Origin: an uncultured virus (IMG/VR IMGVR_UViG_3300044641_005242)
Taxonomy: Duplodnaviria; Heunggongvirae; Uroviricota; Caudoviricetes
Length of the DNA stretch: 64,000 nucleotides
IMG/VR virus record: IMGVR_UViG_3300044641_005242
Location: 1 to 64,000 of that record
Reading direction: 5' to 3' (one strand)
Under the pieces are notes generated by a model. That model searched no databases, was not told the DNA's origin, and saw only the letters and a list, made by a program, of their open reading frames with translations. The position numbers and the translations under genes are program-made. Shown here piece by piece: positions 18,876 to 29,106 of the stretch. Numbering within the stretch: position 1 is the stretch's first letter; every line of letters starts with the position of its first letter.

Positions 18876-19721
18876 ATGGGACTAGACATTAGTAAGCTAA
18901 AGAGCCGTTTGAACTCACTTTCAAACACAAACCAGAAATCCAACCTAATTTGGAAGCCAAAGCCTGGTAAGCAAGTTGTTCGTATTGTACCTTACAAGTA
19001 TTCCCCTGAGAATCCATTTATCGAACTTAAGTTTCACTATAACCTAAATGGTAAGAGTTATTTGAGTCCAGATAGTTTTGGTCGTCCAGATCCAATCGTT
19101 GAGTTTTCAAATCGTTTGAAGAAGACCGGCGATAAGGAAGAGTGGAAGATGGGTAAGAAGATGGAACCCAAGATGCGTACATTCGCTCCTGTCATCGTTC
19201 GTGGTGAAGAAGGAGAAGGTGTAAAGTTCTGGGGATTTGGAAAGCAAGTCTATCAAGAGCTTCTAAGCATCATCAGCGATCCTGACTTCGGTGATATTAC
19301 CGATCTCACATCAGGTCGTGACATTGTTGTGGAATTCAAGACTGGTGATGAATCAGGCAAGAGTTTCCCAGAAACCAACATTCGTGTTAAACCAAATACA
19401 AGTGTTGCTGTAGATCCAACCAATTCAAGTCTACTTGATGCTCTCAAGTCTCAAGTTAACATTATGGATCTATTCCCAGAACTATCCTATGAAGAACTCA
19501 AGGATGTTATGGATAAGTGGTTGAATCCTGACGAAACCGCTGCTGATCCTGCTGTAACAGCTACAGCAACGGACTCAGATGATGAAGCTCCGTTTCCAAC
19601 CGCAGCTAAGACCGCAACAGCACCAAAGGCCGCTGTAACAGCATCTCCAACCGCAGTTAAAGCTAAGGCTGGATCAAGTGATGATGTTAACAAGGCATTT
19701 GATGATTTGTTTAACTCCTAA
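18876..19721 (+). CDS. Single-stranded DNA-binding protein (T4 gp32-like)
   Basis: WKP...VRIVPY, GVKFWGFGKQVY, DITDLTSGRDI; acidic/Ala-rich tail ending AFDDLFNS. Confidence 0.85.
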   Translation: MGLDISKLKSRLNSLSNTNQKSNLIWKPKPGKQVVRIVPYKYSPENPFIELKFHYNLNGKSYLSPDSFGRPDPIVEFSNRLKKTGDKEEWKMGKKMEPKMRTFAPVIVRGEEGEGVKFWGFGKQVYQELLSIISDPDFGDITDLTSGRDIVVEFKTGDESGKSFPETNIRVKPNTSVAVDPTNSSLLDALKSQVNIMDLFPELSYEELKDVMDKWLNPDETAADPAVTATATDSDDEAPFPTAAKTATAPKAAVTASPTAVKAKAGSSDDVNKAFDDLFNS

Positions 19722-19732
19722 AAAATAAAAAT

Positions 19733-19765
19733 AAGCCGGTGGAGTTTTTATACCCCACCGGCTTT
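19733..19765 (+). terminator. Stem-loop / terminator after the SSB gene
   Basis: AAGCCGGTGG / CCACCGGCTT inverted repeat. Confidence 0.7.
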
Positions 19766-19780
19766 CTAGTTATATACGTT

Positions 19781-20911
19781 ATGGCAAAGAAAACAACAGA
19801 AAAAGATGATCTGCTAGAAAGATTGGCAGATGAACTCAATAAATCCAATAAAGAAGGTGGTAAAGTTGCGTTCTTTTTGGATGAACAAGAAGATCCATCA
19901 ACAATTAGTGATTGGGTAAGCACTGGTTCATCAATGCTTGATTTAGCGATTAGTAATCGTCCTCACGGCGGTTTGCCAGTGGGACGTATCGTTGAATTAA
20001 CAGGCCTTGAAGGAACTGGAAAAAGTTTGGTCTGTGCGCACATTGTTGCAGATACTCAACGAAAGGGTGGTAAAGCACTATTCATTGACACAGAAAACTC
20101 TGAATCCAGAGAATTCTGGAAGAGTTTGGGAGTTGACTTGGCTAAAAGCAAGTTAATGTATTCTCAAGCTGAGACTGTAGAAGATATCTTCGACAGAATT
20201 GAAAAAGCAATTACGTTTATCCGTAAGGATTATCCAGATTTGCTATTAACAATTATTGTTGATTCTGTCGCAGCTGCTTCTACAAAAGCAGAACTAGAAA
20301 GTGATCATGGTAAGGATGGTTATGCTACTGGTAAGTCAATTATTATTAGCAAAGCAATGCGTAAGATTACCAACATGATTGGTCGTCAAAAGGTATTGTT
20401 GATCTTTACTAATCAGTTACGTCAAAATCTAAATGCTATGGCATTTGGTGACAAGTATGTAGTAAGTGGTGGTAAGGCTCTAGCTTATCATTGCAGTGTT
20501 CGTGTACGTTTGAACAATACAGGCAAACTAAAGAAGGGTGAAGTTGTCATTGGTAACGAGTGTAAAGCCGTTGTGATTAAGAATCGTATGGGTCCACCAC
20601 AACGTCAGGCTGCATTTGATATCTATTATGACAGCGGAATTGCCGACTTTAGTAGTTGGATTAAAGTTATGAAAGATGCTAATCTTGTAAAACAGGGTGG
20701 TGCATATTACACGTATCAAAAGTCTGATGGTACTGAATGGAGATTCCAATCAAAGGATTTCATTTCAACATTACAATCAGATCCAAATCTAAAGGAAGAA
20801 ATTTACTTGAAGATTTGTGATGCATGTATCATGAAGTACAAAGATCCAAACAGCCAAATCGTTGAAGATGCACAAGTATCTACAGACGAAGGCGATGCTG
20901 GCGAAGAATAA
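19781..20911 (+). CDS. recA: RecA/UvsX recombinase
   Basis: STGSSMLDLAI, GLPVGRIVEL, Walker A GLEGTGKS, IIVDSVAA, SGGKALAYHCSVR. Confidence 0.92.
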   Translation: MAKKTTEKDDLLERLADELNKSNKEGGKVAFFLDEQEDPSTISDWVSTGSSMLDLAISNRPHGGLPVGRIVELTGLEGTGKSLVCAHIVADTQRKGGKALFIDTENSESREFWKSLGVDLAKSKLMYSQAETVEDIFDRIEKAITFIRKDYPDLLLTIIVDSVAAASTKAELESDHGKDGYATGKSIIISKAMRKITNMIGRQKVLLIFTNQLRQNLNAMAFGDKYVVSGGKALAYHCSVRVRLNNTGKLKKGEVVIGNECKAVVIKNRMGPPQRQAAFDIYYDSGIADFSSWIKVMKDANLVKQGGAYYTYQKSDGTEWRFQSKDFISTLQSDPNLKEEIYLKICDACIMKYKDPNSQIVEDAQVSTDEGDAGEE

Positions 20912-21978
20912 TGAGTGGATTCACTTCCAGTGAAAAACAAAGACTGTTCTCTCTTTTTGAGAACGTAAAAGGGGGTGTCGGTGATAGTGGTATTCAAAAA
21001 ACTACTAACTCCGACATCCTCTTAGTCGATGGATTAAATACTTTCATTCGTTCGTTTATGGCTGTGCCATCGATGAATGATGATGGAATGCATACCGGAG
21101 GAATTGCTGGCTTCCTCAAGAGTATTGGTTATGCTATTAAATTAATTAATCCAACTAGAGTAATTGTCGTATTTGATGGATCAGGTGGTTCACAAAAACG
21201 TCGTAAGATTTATCCCGATTACAAAAAGGGACGTAAGACAAAAATAAAGTTCAATAGAACATATGAAGAATTAAGTTCATCTGAACTTGAACAGAAAAAT
21301 CTTCAAATCGAATTGATGCGTTTGGTTAGTTATCTTGAAGTATTACCAGTAACTGTAATGGCTATTGATAATATTGAAGCTGACGATACCATTGCATATT
21401 TGGCTGAAGATACGTTCAAGGACAGCAACGTAACTATCATGTCTACAGACAAAGACTTTTTACAATTGGCAAGCGAAAGAGTAAAGATCTGGAGTCCTGT
21501 CAAGAAGAAAATCTTTGGGTGCAAAGAAATTGTAGATGAATATGGTATTACATGCAATAACTTTATCTTCTACAGAGTCTTGGAGGGAGACGTTAGTGAT
21601 AACATTCCTGGCATTGATGGCGTTGGAATAAAGCGAGTTCTTCAGGCATATCCATTTTTGGCTGACGACAAACAAGTAACATTGCAAGAGATCTATAATT
21701 ACTCTGAAAATTACAAGGGTAAGTATAAAATTTACGAACGTGTACTAGATAACAAACTCCTAATTGAACGTAATTATGAATTGATGCAATTAAAAGCTAC
21801 AAGCATTCAATCATTTACGCAGTTAAGAATTGAGGAGATAATTAAAAAACAAGTTCCTAAGATTGATAAGATGACATTCAGCAGACTTATCACTGAGGAT
21901 AAAATGTGGAATAACCTACCAAACTATATGGTATGGTTGAATGAAACTTGGGGCAAACTCAATAGTTTCGTATTGTAA
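20911..21978 (+). CDS. 5'-3' exonuclease / flap endonuclease (Pol I N-terminal, T4 RNase H-like)
   Basis: LVDGLN, VVFDG, YKKGR, EADD, STDKDFLQ, GDVSDNIPGIDGVG. Confidence 0.9.
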   Translation: MSGFTSSEKQRLFSLFENVKGGVGDSGIQKTTNSDILLVDGLNTFIRSFMAVPSMNDDGMHTGGIAGFLKSIGYAIKLINPTRVIVVFDGSGGSQKRRKIYPDYKKGRKTKIKFNRTYEELSSSELEQKNLQIELMRLVSYLEVLPVTVMAIDNIEADDTIAYLAEDTFKDSNVTIMSTDKDFLQLASERVKIWSPVKKKIFGCKEIVDEYGITCNNFIFYRVLEGDVSDNIPGIDGVGIKRVLQAYPFLADDKQVTLQEIYNYSENYKGKYKIYERVLDNKLLIERNYELMQLKATSIQSFTQLRIEEIIKKQVPKIDKMTFSRLITEDKMWNNLPNYMVWLNETWGKLNSFVL

Positions 21979-22066
21979 GATCGATAGTTTATAAAATAAG
22001 TTGGATTCTACACACATCGGTGTAGACTAAGGGTGTCGTATTAACAAAACATAGAAAGAATATATC

Positions 22067-23455
22067 ATGAGCGAAAAGCATATTATTGACAACTTGAAGA
22101 AGTTTGGAAGTGAGTTTCAAGTTAAGTGTATCTCAGGTCTTGTATCCGATAGACCATTCATTGAACGTATTAGTGACATTGTAGAAGCAGACTTCTTTGA
22201 AAGTGATGCTCACCAATGGATTGTCAAGGAAAGTATTAAGTACTTCAACGAATATCGTGATCTACCAACACTCAATGTGTTTAAGGTCAAATTGGAAGTA
22301 GTTACAAACGAGGTTCTTAAAAAGAGTATCGTAGATAATCTAAAGTCAATTTATCAAAAGATGAATGACGGCGATCTAAAGTTCATCAAGGAAGAGTTCC
22401 TTGAATTCTGTATCAATCAGAAGCTAAAGAATGCCATCATGGAAAGCGTTGACTATTTGAAGATTGGTCAGTATGAAAAGATCAAGACCAAGTTTGATGA
22501 AGCACTAAAAGCTGGTATGGAACGTAATATTGGTCATGACTATGGCGAAGACGTTGAGAAACGTATGACCGTAATGGCTCGTAGCTCTATCAATACCAAG
22601 TGGGAAGTTATTGATGGTTTGATGGATGGTGGTCTTGGACCTGGCGAACTTGGAATTATTACAGCTTGTGCTGGTAGTGGTAAAAGCTGGGTACTATGTA
22701 AACTAGGTGCCGAGGCTATGAAACAAGGTAAAAATGTAGTTCACTTTACTCTAGAGTTGAATGAAAACTATGTTGGTCTACGATATGATGCTTGCTTCAC
22801 TGGAATTGATTTCCAAAATATTCGTAACAACATCTCAACAGTTCGTGAAAAGATTGCACAAGTGCCTGGTAAATTAATCATCAAGTACTTTCCAATCAAG
22901 ACCGTATCAGCTCACAGCTTGAAAGCTCATTGTGAACGATTGGCCATGTTGGGTACCAAGGTGGATATGATTATTGTTGATTACGCAGATATTCTTCGTC
23001 CAATTAATAGTGATCGTAATAGTAACAGCTATCAAGAAGCTGGTGGTATTTATGAAGAGCTACGTGGTGTAGCTGGTGAATTGCAAGTTCCTATTTGGAG
23101 TGCTTCACAAAGTAATCGTGCTGCTATGGATGAAGATATTATTCAGGCAAATAACATTTCTGATTCATATCGTAAGATTATGACCGCTGACTTCGTTATG
23201 TCACTAAGCCGTAAGGTTAACGATAAAGTTAGTAATACTGCACGATTCCATATCATTAAGAATCGATTCGGACCAGATGGTTTAACCTTCCCAAGTAAGA
23301 TGAACGCTGGATGTGGTCAGATTGAAATATTCAGCGAATCTTCAAGAGAAGGATTGGCACTTCAAAATGAAATGATGAATGGTGAGAACCAAGTCAAGAA
23401 ATTATTGAAGAATAAGTGGAACGCTCATAGCAGTTCTGAGGATGGAGACGAATAA
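22067..23455 (+). CDS. Replicative DNA helicase (DnaB / T4 gp41-like)
   Basis: Walker A ACAGSGKS, FTLEL, IIVDYAD, WSASQSNR, KNRFG. Confidence 0.9.
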   Translation: MSEKHIIDNLKKFGSEFQVKCISGLVSDRPFIERISDIVEADFFESDAHQWIVKESIKYFNEYRDLPTLNVFKVKLEVVTNEVLKKSIVDNLKSIYQKMNDGDLKFIKEEFLEFCINQKLKNAIMESVDYLKIGQYEKIKTKFDEALKAGMERNIGHDYGEDVEKRMTVMARSSINTKWEVIDGLMDGGLGPGELGIITACAGSGKSWVLCKLGAEAMKQGKNVVHFTLELNENYVGLRYDACFTGIDFQNIRNNISTVREKIAQVPGKLIIKYFPIKTVSAHSLKAHCERLAMLGTKVDMIIVDYADILRPINSDRNSNSYQEAGGIYEELRGVAGELQVPIWSASQSNRAAMDEDIIQANNISDSYRKIMTADFVMSLSRKVNDKVSNTARFHIIKNRFGPDGLTFPSKMNAGCGQIEIFSESSREGLALQNEMMNGENQVKKLLKNKWNAHSSSEDGDE

Positions 23456-23461
23456 TTCATA

Positions 23462-23513
23462 GTTGTGACTATAAAAAAAGTATCAAAAAAAACTTAAAAA
23501 AGTTAGTCACAAC
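23462..23513. repeat. 10-bp inverted repeat enclosing phased A-tracts, upstream of nrdA
   Basis: GTTGTGACTA (23462-23471), 32-nt A-tract spacer, TAGTCACAAC (23504-23513). Confidence 0.6.
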
Positions 23514-23563
23514 ATGGATCAAAGAGACTATTGAAGGATAGTTATCTTTTACCAATATATTTT

Positions 23564-25852
23564 ATGAACAAAGAAATTTTTATTAAGAAGCGCAGTGGCA
23601 AGACAGAAAAGTTTAACGCAGATAAAATCAATAAGGTTTTACAATGGGCCACAGATGAAATCAAAGGTGTTGGTTTTGAAGAAGTCGCAATGAATGCACA
23701 CTTGTCATTCTTTGATGGCATGAATTCAAAAGATATTCACAAGATGTTGATTGAAGCGTCTGCTAATTTGATTAGTGAAGAAAAGCCAAATTATCAATAT
23801 GTTGCTTCACGATTGATGAATTATCAACTTCGTAAAGAAGTTTGGGGAGGTAAAAATCCACCAAAACTATATGATCTAGTAAAAACTAATATTGACTCAT
23901 TAGTTTATGATGAAGAAATTCTGAACTGGTATAGTAAACAAGAGTTTGATAAACTAGATGAATATCTAAAGCATGATCGTGATTTTAACTTTACGTATGC
24001 TGGTATCAAACAATTGTGTGATAAATATCTAGTACAAAATCGTGCTACCAAGAAGATTTACGAAACTCCTCAGTTTGCGTATATGTTGATCGCAATGACT
24101 TTTTTCAAAGACTATAAAGAAGGTCGATTGGATTATGTCAAGAAAGCATATAACTATTTTAGTAAACACAAGATTAATCTACCTACGCCAATTATGGCTG
24201 GAGTAAGAACGGTAATGAAGAGTTATGCTTCATGTTCACTATTCACGGTCGATGATGATCTACGTAGTATCTTCAGTAACAATAGTGCAGTTGGATTTGC
24301 TACTGCAAGTCGTTATGGTATTGGATTGAATCTATCAAGACTACGTGCTACTAATGCTCCAATTCGTAATGGTGAAGTAATGCATACCGGACCAATTCCA
24401 TTTGCTAAAGCATTTGAATCTACCGTAAAGAGTTGTCACCAAAACGGAATTAGAGGGGGTAGTGCCACCGTCAACTTTGCTTGGTTCCACTATGATATTC
24501 TAGATATTCTTGTACTAAAGAACAATCAAGGTACGGACGATAATCGTGTACGTAAGCTAGATTATTGTATTGGTTTGGATAAACTAATCTTTGAACGTTT
24601 CTTGAAGAATCAAGATGTAACATTATTCAGTTATCATGAATGTCCTTCACTGTGGAATACCTTTGGTTTGGAAGGATTCAAGGAAAAGTATGAAAAGGCT
24701 GAAGAAAACAAGAACATTAAGTTCAAGAAGAAGGTACCTGCTCGTGAATTGATGGGACTACTTGCCAAAGAACGTCTTGAAACTGGACGTATTTATACAA
24801 TGTTCGTGGATCATGCAAATGAACATGGTAGTTGGTTAGACCAAGTAGATACAAGTAATCTATGTCTTGAAGTTAATCATCCATTGATTCCAATCACTGA
24901 TGTAAACGATAAGAATGGTGAAATTGGTGTTTGTATCTTGGCCGCATTGAATTGGTTGGAGATCAAAGATGATGAAGAAATGGAAAGTGTATGTGACATT
25001 ATTGTTAGAATGTTGGATGCTTTGATTGAACATCAAGATTATTTCGTACCAGCCGCAGAAAACTTTGCTAAGAAACGTCGTAGTCTTGGTGTAGGTGTAA
25101 GTAACTTGGCTGCTTTATTGGCTAAAGAAGGATTGAAGTATTGGGATAAAGATGCTCCTAACTTTGTTGCCAAGTGGATGGAAAAGACTAGTTACTATCT
25201 AATCAAGGCTAGCGTTGAAATGGCTAAAGAGTTTGGTAAGTGTGAAAAGTTTGATCGTACTAAGTTCAGTCAAGGAGTATTGCCAATTGATACTTATAAG
25301 AGAGACGTTGATGAATTTATCACCGAACCTCTACATTGTGATTGGGAGGATTTACGTGAAGAAGTTAGAAAACACGGAATGCGTCATAGTACACTCACCG
25401 CATGTATGCCTGTAGAATCAAGTTCAGTAATTCAAAGCAGTACCAATGGTATTGAACCACCACGTAGTGCTATTAGCTTCAAGGGTAGCAAGAGCAATAT
25501 TTTGCCTGTAGTAGTACCTGGCATTGATAAGTACAAGGAAAATTATACATTTGCTTTTGATATGCCAAGCAATGAAGGTTATTTGAAGGTAGCTGCTGCT
25601 ATTCAAAAATTTACAGATATGAGTATTAGTACAAATACTTACTATATCCCATCCCGTTATGAGAAGAATAAAGTTCCTGTTCAAGAAGTAATTAAGGATA
25701 TGTTATTGGCCTACAAGTATGGATTGAAGAATTTGTATTATGCTAATACTGATGATGGCGACAAACAAACCGCCATGGATGAAAAAAAGACGGAAATAAA
25801 ACAACCAGTAGTACAAGAATCCGGTTGTGAAAGCGGAGCTTGTGCTCTATAA
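23564..25852 (+). CDS. nrdA: Ribonucleotide reductase class Ia, alpha subunit
   Basis: N-terminal ATP cone (IKKRSG), PTPIMAG, ASCSL, SNLCLE, GVCIL, LYY, C-terminal CESGAC. Confidence 0.95.
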   Translation: MNKEIFIKKRSGKTEKFNADKINKVLQWATDEIKGVGFEEVAMNAHLSFFDGMNSKDIHKMLIEASANLISEEKPNYQYVASRLMNYQLRKEVWGGKNPPKLYDLVKTNIDSLVYDEEILNWYSKQEFDKLDEYLKHDRDFNFTYAGIKQLCDKYLVQNRATKKIYETPQFAYMLIAMTFFKDYKEGRLDYVKKAYNYFSKHKINLPTPIMAGVRTVMKSYASCSLFTVDDDLRSIFSNNSAVGFATASRYGIGLNLSRLRATNAPIRNGEVMHTGPIPFAKAFESTVKSCHQNGIRGGSATVNFAWFHYDILDILVLKNNQGTDDNRVRKLDYCIGLDKLIFERFLKNQDVTLFSYHECPSLWNTFGLEGFKEKYEKAEENKNIKFKKKVPARELMGLLAKERLETGRIYTMFVDHANEHGSWLDQVDTSNLCLEVNHPLIPITDVNDKNGEIGVCILAALNWLEIKDDEEMESVCDIIVRMLDALIEHQDYFVPAAENFAKKRRSLGVGVSNLAALLAKEGLKYWDKDAPNFVAKWMEKTSYYLIKASVEMAKEFGKCEKFDRTKFSQGVLPIDTYKRDVDEFITEPLHCDWEDLREEVRKHGMRHSTLTACMPVESSSVIQSSTNGIEPPRSAISFKGSKSNILPVVVPGIDKYKENYTFAFDMPSNEGYLKVAAAIQKFTDMSISTNTYYIPSRYEKNKVPVQEVIKDMLLAYKYGLKNLYYANTDDGDKQTAMDEKKTEIKQPVVQESGCESGACAL

Positions 25853-25864
25853 TAGGAGGATAAA

Positions 25865-26923
25865 ATGAAAACGGTATTAAATAAGAAAAATATAGACCAG
25901 TTAAGAAATCCAATGTTTTTTGGAGAAGATCTATCATTACAACGATATGACTTGATCAAGTATCCTAAATTCTATGATTTGTATGATCAACAATTAAATT
26001 TCTTCTGGAGACCGCAGGAAGTTTCTCTTGTCAAAGACATCAGTGATTACAAGAATCTTTCACCAGAAGAACGATTCGTATTTGATAGTAACCTTAAGTT
26101 TCAAACTATGACTGATAGTATGTTGAGTCGTAGTATTCATGAACTTATGAAACATGTAACAAATAGTGAATTGGAAATTTGCATGAACGCATGGAGTTTT
26201 TTTGAAACTATTCATAGTAATAGTTACACATACATTCTAAACAATGTTTATCCAGATGCTACCAAGTTCTTTGATAGTGTTTTGGAAGACCAAGAAATTG
26301 TTAAGAGAGCTACTGCAATCAGTAAGAAGTATGATGAACTACTAACTCCATCAGATGATGTTAAACAACAATTGTTTGATGCTGTATTGGCAACTCAGAT
26401 TACTGAAGGGTTGATCTTCTACGTATCATTTGCTTGTAGTTTTTACTTTGGATATCGTGGAAAGATGGAGGGTAATAGTAAGATTATTAAGTTTATCAGT
26501 AGAGATGAAAATCTTCACGTAGCTATTACTCAGAACATCATGAAGAATTGGATCAACAATCCTGATGAAGGATTCCAAGATATTGTCAAAAAGAACGAAG
26601 ATAAGGTTTATGCTGCTTATGAAATGGCAGTTAATGCTGAAAAGGATTGGGCCGATTATCTATTTAGCAAAGGAAGTTTGATTGGATTGACCGCTGAAAG
26701 TTTAAAACAATACATTGAGTGGTTGGCTAATAACAGACTATCAAACATTGGATATAAGAAATTATATCCTAGTACCAAAACCAATCCATTAGCTGGATGG
26801 TTGGATAGTTACTATGATAGTAAGAAACTACAAGTAGCTCCTCAAGAAACTGAATTGAGTAGTTATGTAAAAGGTATCGATAATACCATTACAGAGGGTG
26901 CATTCGATGACTTTAAGTTGTAA
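25865..26923 (+). CDS. nrdB: Ribonucleotide reductase class Ia, beta subunit
   Basis: FFWRPQEV, ETIHSNSY, EGLIFYVSF, RDENLH, APQETE; GGAGG RBS. Confidence 0.95.
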   Translation: MKTVLNKKNIDQLRNPMFFGEDLSLQRYDLIKYPKFYDLYDQQLNFFWRPQEVSLVKDISDYKNLSPEERFVFDSNLKFQTMTDSMLSRSIHELMKHVTNSELEICMNAWSFFETIHSNSYTYILNNVYPDATKFFDSVLEDQEIVKRATAISKKYDELLTPSDDVKQQLFDAVLATQITEGLIFYVSFACSFYFGYRGKMEGNSKIIKFISRDENLHVAITQNIMKNWINNPDEGFQDIVKKNEDKVYAAYEMAVNAEKDWADYLFSKGSLIGLTAESLKQYIEWLANNRLSNIGYKKLYPSTKTNPLAGWLDSYYDSKKLQVAPQETELSSYVKGIDNTITEGAFDDFKL

Positions 26924-26976
26924 TTAATTTATTCGTTTATTTAACTGATCCTATATTTATAAGATAGGCATGCTAT

Positions 26977-27612
26977 ATGAACGATAAATTAAAACAATCT
27001 TTAAAGAAAATAATCCGTGAAACCATCGAAGAAAAGTTAACGGAAGTACAAAAGTCTTGGGCTGAAATGATGGAAAATCTATCAAAAGACATCAAAAAGC
27101 CTATTGTATGTGATGATGCAGGTAATTATAACATCTGTGAGTGTGAACCACATCATTTCAGCCTAAGACCAATTACTCAAGATATTTTTGACGTTCAATA
27201 CTTCAAAGATGCCTCAGACAGAACCAAAAAGTTATATCTTCGTTACGAAGAACTCAAGAAGTTTGTTAAAGAAAAACTAAACTCTAAAGATTTAAACTAC
27301 GTAGATGCTGCTTACGAACGTAATGTAGATAATAGCAAAGATAAAGAAGGTGGTAAGAAGGCCGATAAAGCAGCTGAAGAACAAAATCTAGTTGATCCAG
27401 AAAAGAACAACAAGGTTGTCAAGAGTATTAAAGCCAAGAACATGAACGATGAGAAAGATAATCCAGACCAACCAATGCGTGCGGTTGGTAAGTTTGAAAC
27501 TCAAGTTCAACACAAGAGTCCAAAACCAAGTTATACACCACCAACTCTACCAAAGAATTTACAGAAGTTAGTTATTAAATATACCAAGGGTGGTAAAGCC
27601 AAAAAGAAATAA
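26977..27612 (+). CDS. Hypothetical charged protein (possible head-internal protein)
   Basis: Preceded by TATTTATA (26954); N-terminus KLKQSLKKIIRETIEEKLTE. Confidence 0.6.
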   Translation: MNDKLKQSLKKIIRETIEEKLTEVQKSWAEMMENLSKDIKKPIVCDDAGNYNICECEPHHFSLRPITQDIFDVQYFKDASDRTKKLYLRYEELKKFVKEKLNSKDLNYVDAAYERNVDNSKDKEGGKKADKAAEEQNLVDPEKNNKVVKSIKAKNMNDEKDNPDQPMRAVGKFETQVQHKSPKPSYTPPTLPKNLQKLVIKYTKGGKAKKK

Positions 27613-27641
27613 TTGACATCTTTATACTTTTGATGTACTAT
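27613..27641 (+). promoter_or_regulatory. Sigma70-like promoter
   Basis: TTGACA-N17-TACTAT. Confidence 0.65.
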
Positions 27642-27668
27642 TAAAGTATATCTAAAAAAAGGATACAT

Positions 27669-27992
27669 ATGAAAAAATTGATTACTATCGCAGCTTTGGG
27701 TGCAACTCTAACCACTCAAACATTTGCTGGTGATAGAGAATGGGCTACGGTTGGTAAAGTATTGACCGGAGTTGCAGTAATTCACGTTATTGATCGAATT
27801 GTAAATCCTCCAACACAAGTTGTATATGTACAACCTCAACCAGTGGTTTATGCACAGCCTGTAGTAGTACAACCTGCACCTGTGGTGTATTATCAACCTG
27901 CTCCGGTTGTATATGTACAACCACAACCAGTGGTAGTTGTACATGGAGCATGGGGCCGTCCAGTACATCACTATCATCACCACCATCATTAA
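27669..27992 (+). CDS. Secreted Pro/Val-rich repeat protein with His-rich tail
   Basis: Signal peptide MKKLITIAALG...TFA, repeated (V)VY(V/A/Y)QP(Q/A)P units, C-terminal HHYHHHHH; AAGGA RBS. Confidence 0.75.
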   Translation: MKKLITIAALGATLTTQTFAGDREWATVGKVLTGVAVIHVIDRIVNPPTQVVYVQPQPVVYAQPVVVQPAPVVYYQPAPVVYVQPQPVVVVHGAWGRPVHHYHHHHH

Positions 27993-28996
27993 TAAAATTC
28001 AATTATGTTCTTTGTAGAAAAGACATCTTCCCGTGATAATGTAATGATTTGATTATCAATTTCAATTTCAACATTTATAATATCATTTTCAATCAAAACC
28101 CACGCAGTACTTTTGAGTGGGTTTTTTATTTCATTTCCTAAAGATCTGGTTGGGGTGTATTGATAGATAGCAAGCTTATCTGGAAATTTATCATAATTTG
28201 AATTATTAACCGCAAAAAATACCTGACCATCTGAGTTCTTAAAAAAATCAATATATAGATACGAATCAATAAATCGTCTAGTTTCCTTGTATCTCAATCC
28301 TTTTAAATATGTAATTTTTAATTGGTTATCAAATGTAATATAATCATCCACATTTGTTTTTAAAATTTTACCAAGTGTTATTTCCAATAAATCGTCAGAT
28401 AAGTTGTTATTTTTGACGAAATCAAGCCATTCATTTTCAGTTCTTACATTTCCAACTTTTGATAAAAACCAATTTATATCACAAAATAAAATGTTGGTAG
28501 ATACATATTCTGTACTTACGGAATTATCCAACGTTGACAATACCGCTTTTTTATTCAAAGATACACACTCCATTATTTTATTTGTGATTAGACTAATATG
28601 TTCATCTGTGATAATAGCATCACATTCAAGTCTGAGTATGTATTTATAACCAATGGTTTTAGCTAAATTAAAAGTTTTTGCTATAGTATATAAAATATTT
28701 AATTCATGTGTTGGATGATTAATGCATGGATAATTTAATTTAACATTATCAGACATCACATAGTGGTTAATATAATAATTTTCATATTTATGATTTTCAA
28801 ATAACCTATTTTCTTTGTCATATAAATAATAATCACACAGATTTATATAATCAAATTTTGTTTGACAAACCGAACTATCGGCTATCATAATTTTACACTC
28901 CAACTTTTTTAACTGTCTTATACAATTTTCATAAATGTGGAGGTCATCCTCAGTTTTTGCGTATATTTGACCAACAACTAAAACACCATTATTCAT
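27989..28996 (-). CDS. Hypothetical protein, possible GT-A-like glycosyltransferase
   Basis: ATG 28996 follows TATTTAT on the minus strand; CDYYLYDKEN and YKYILRLECD (ExD/DxD-like). Confidence 0.5.
   Translation of the reverse strand: MNNGVLVVGQIYAKTEDDLHIYENCIRQLKKLECKIMIADSSVCQTKFDYINLCDYYLYDKENRLFENHKYENYYINHYVMSDNVKLNYPCINHPTHELNILYTIAKTFNLAKTIGYKYILRLECDAIITDEHISLITNKIMECVSLNKKAVLSTLDNSVSTEYVSTNILFCDINWFLSKVGNVRTENEWLDFVKNNNLSDDLLEITLGKILKTNVDDYITFDNQLKITYLKGLRYKETRRFIDSYLYIDFFKNSDGQVFFAVNNSNYDKFPDKLAIYQYTPTRSLGNEIKNPLKSTAWVLIENDIINVEIEIDNQIITLSREDVFSTKNIIEFY
28095..28127 (+). terminator. Plus-strand intrinsic terminator embedded in the convergent gene
   Basis: AAAACCCAC / GTGGGTTTT stem plus T-tract. 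Confidence 0.55.
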
Positions 28997-29054
28997 ATAA
29001 ATAAGTATTAGAAAAACAAGCCTTGGATTGATTTGTGTTTTTTTATTTCGACCG

Positions 29055-29082
29055 TTGACATTCAAAAAAGTGGTGGTAGACT
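29055..29082 (+). promoter_or_regulatory. Sigma70-like promoter
   Basis: TTGACA-N16-(TGG)TAGACT. Confidence 0.6.
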
Positions 29083-29106
29083 GATTGTAGTTAAGAGACA
29101 TTCAAT

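Noticed and set aside
23460..23563. NrdR boxes upstream of nrdA
   Set aside because: No convincing match to the acaC(a/t)AtATaT(a/t)Gtg consensus.
27965..27992. Engineered His-tag or vector contamination
   Set aside because: The run is interrupted by Tyr, uses mixed codons and sits in a natural context with no vector sequence.
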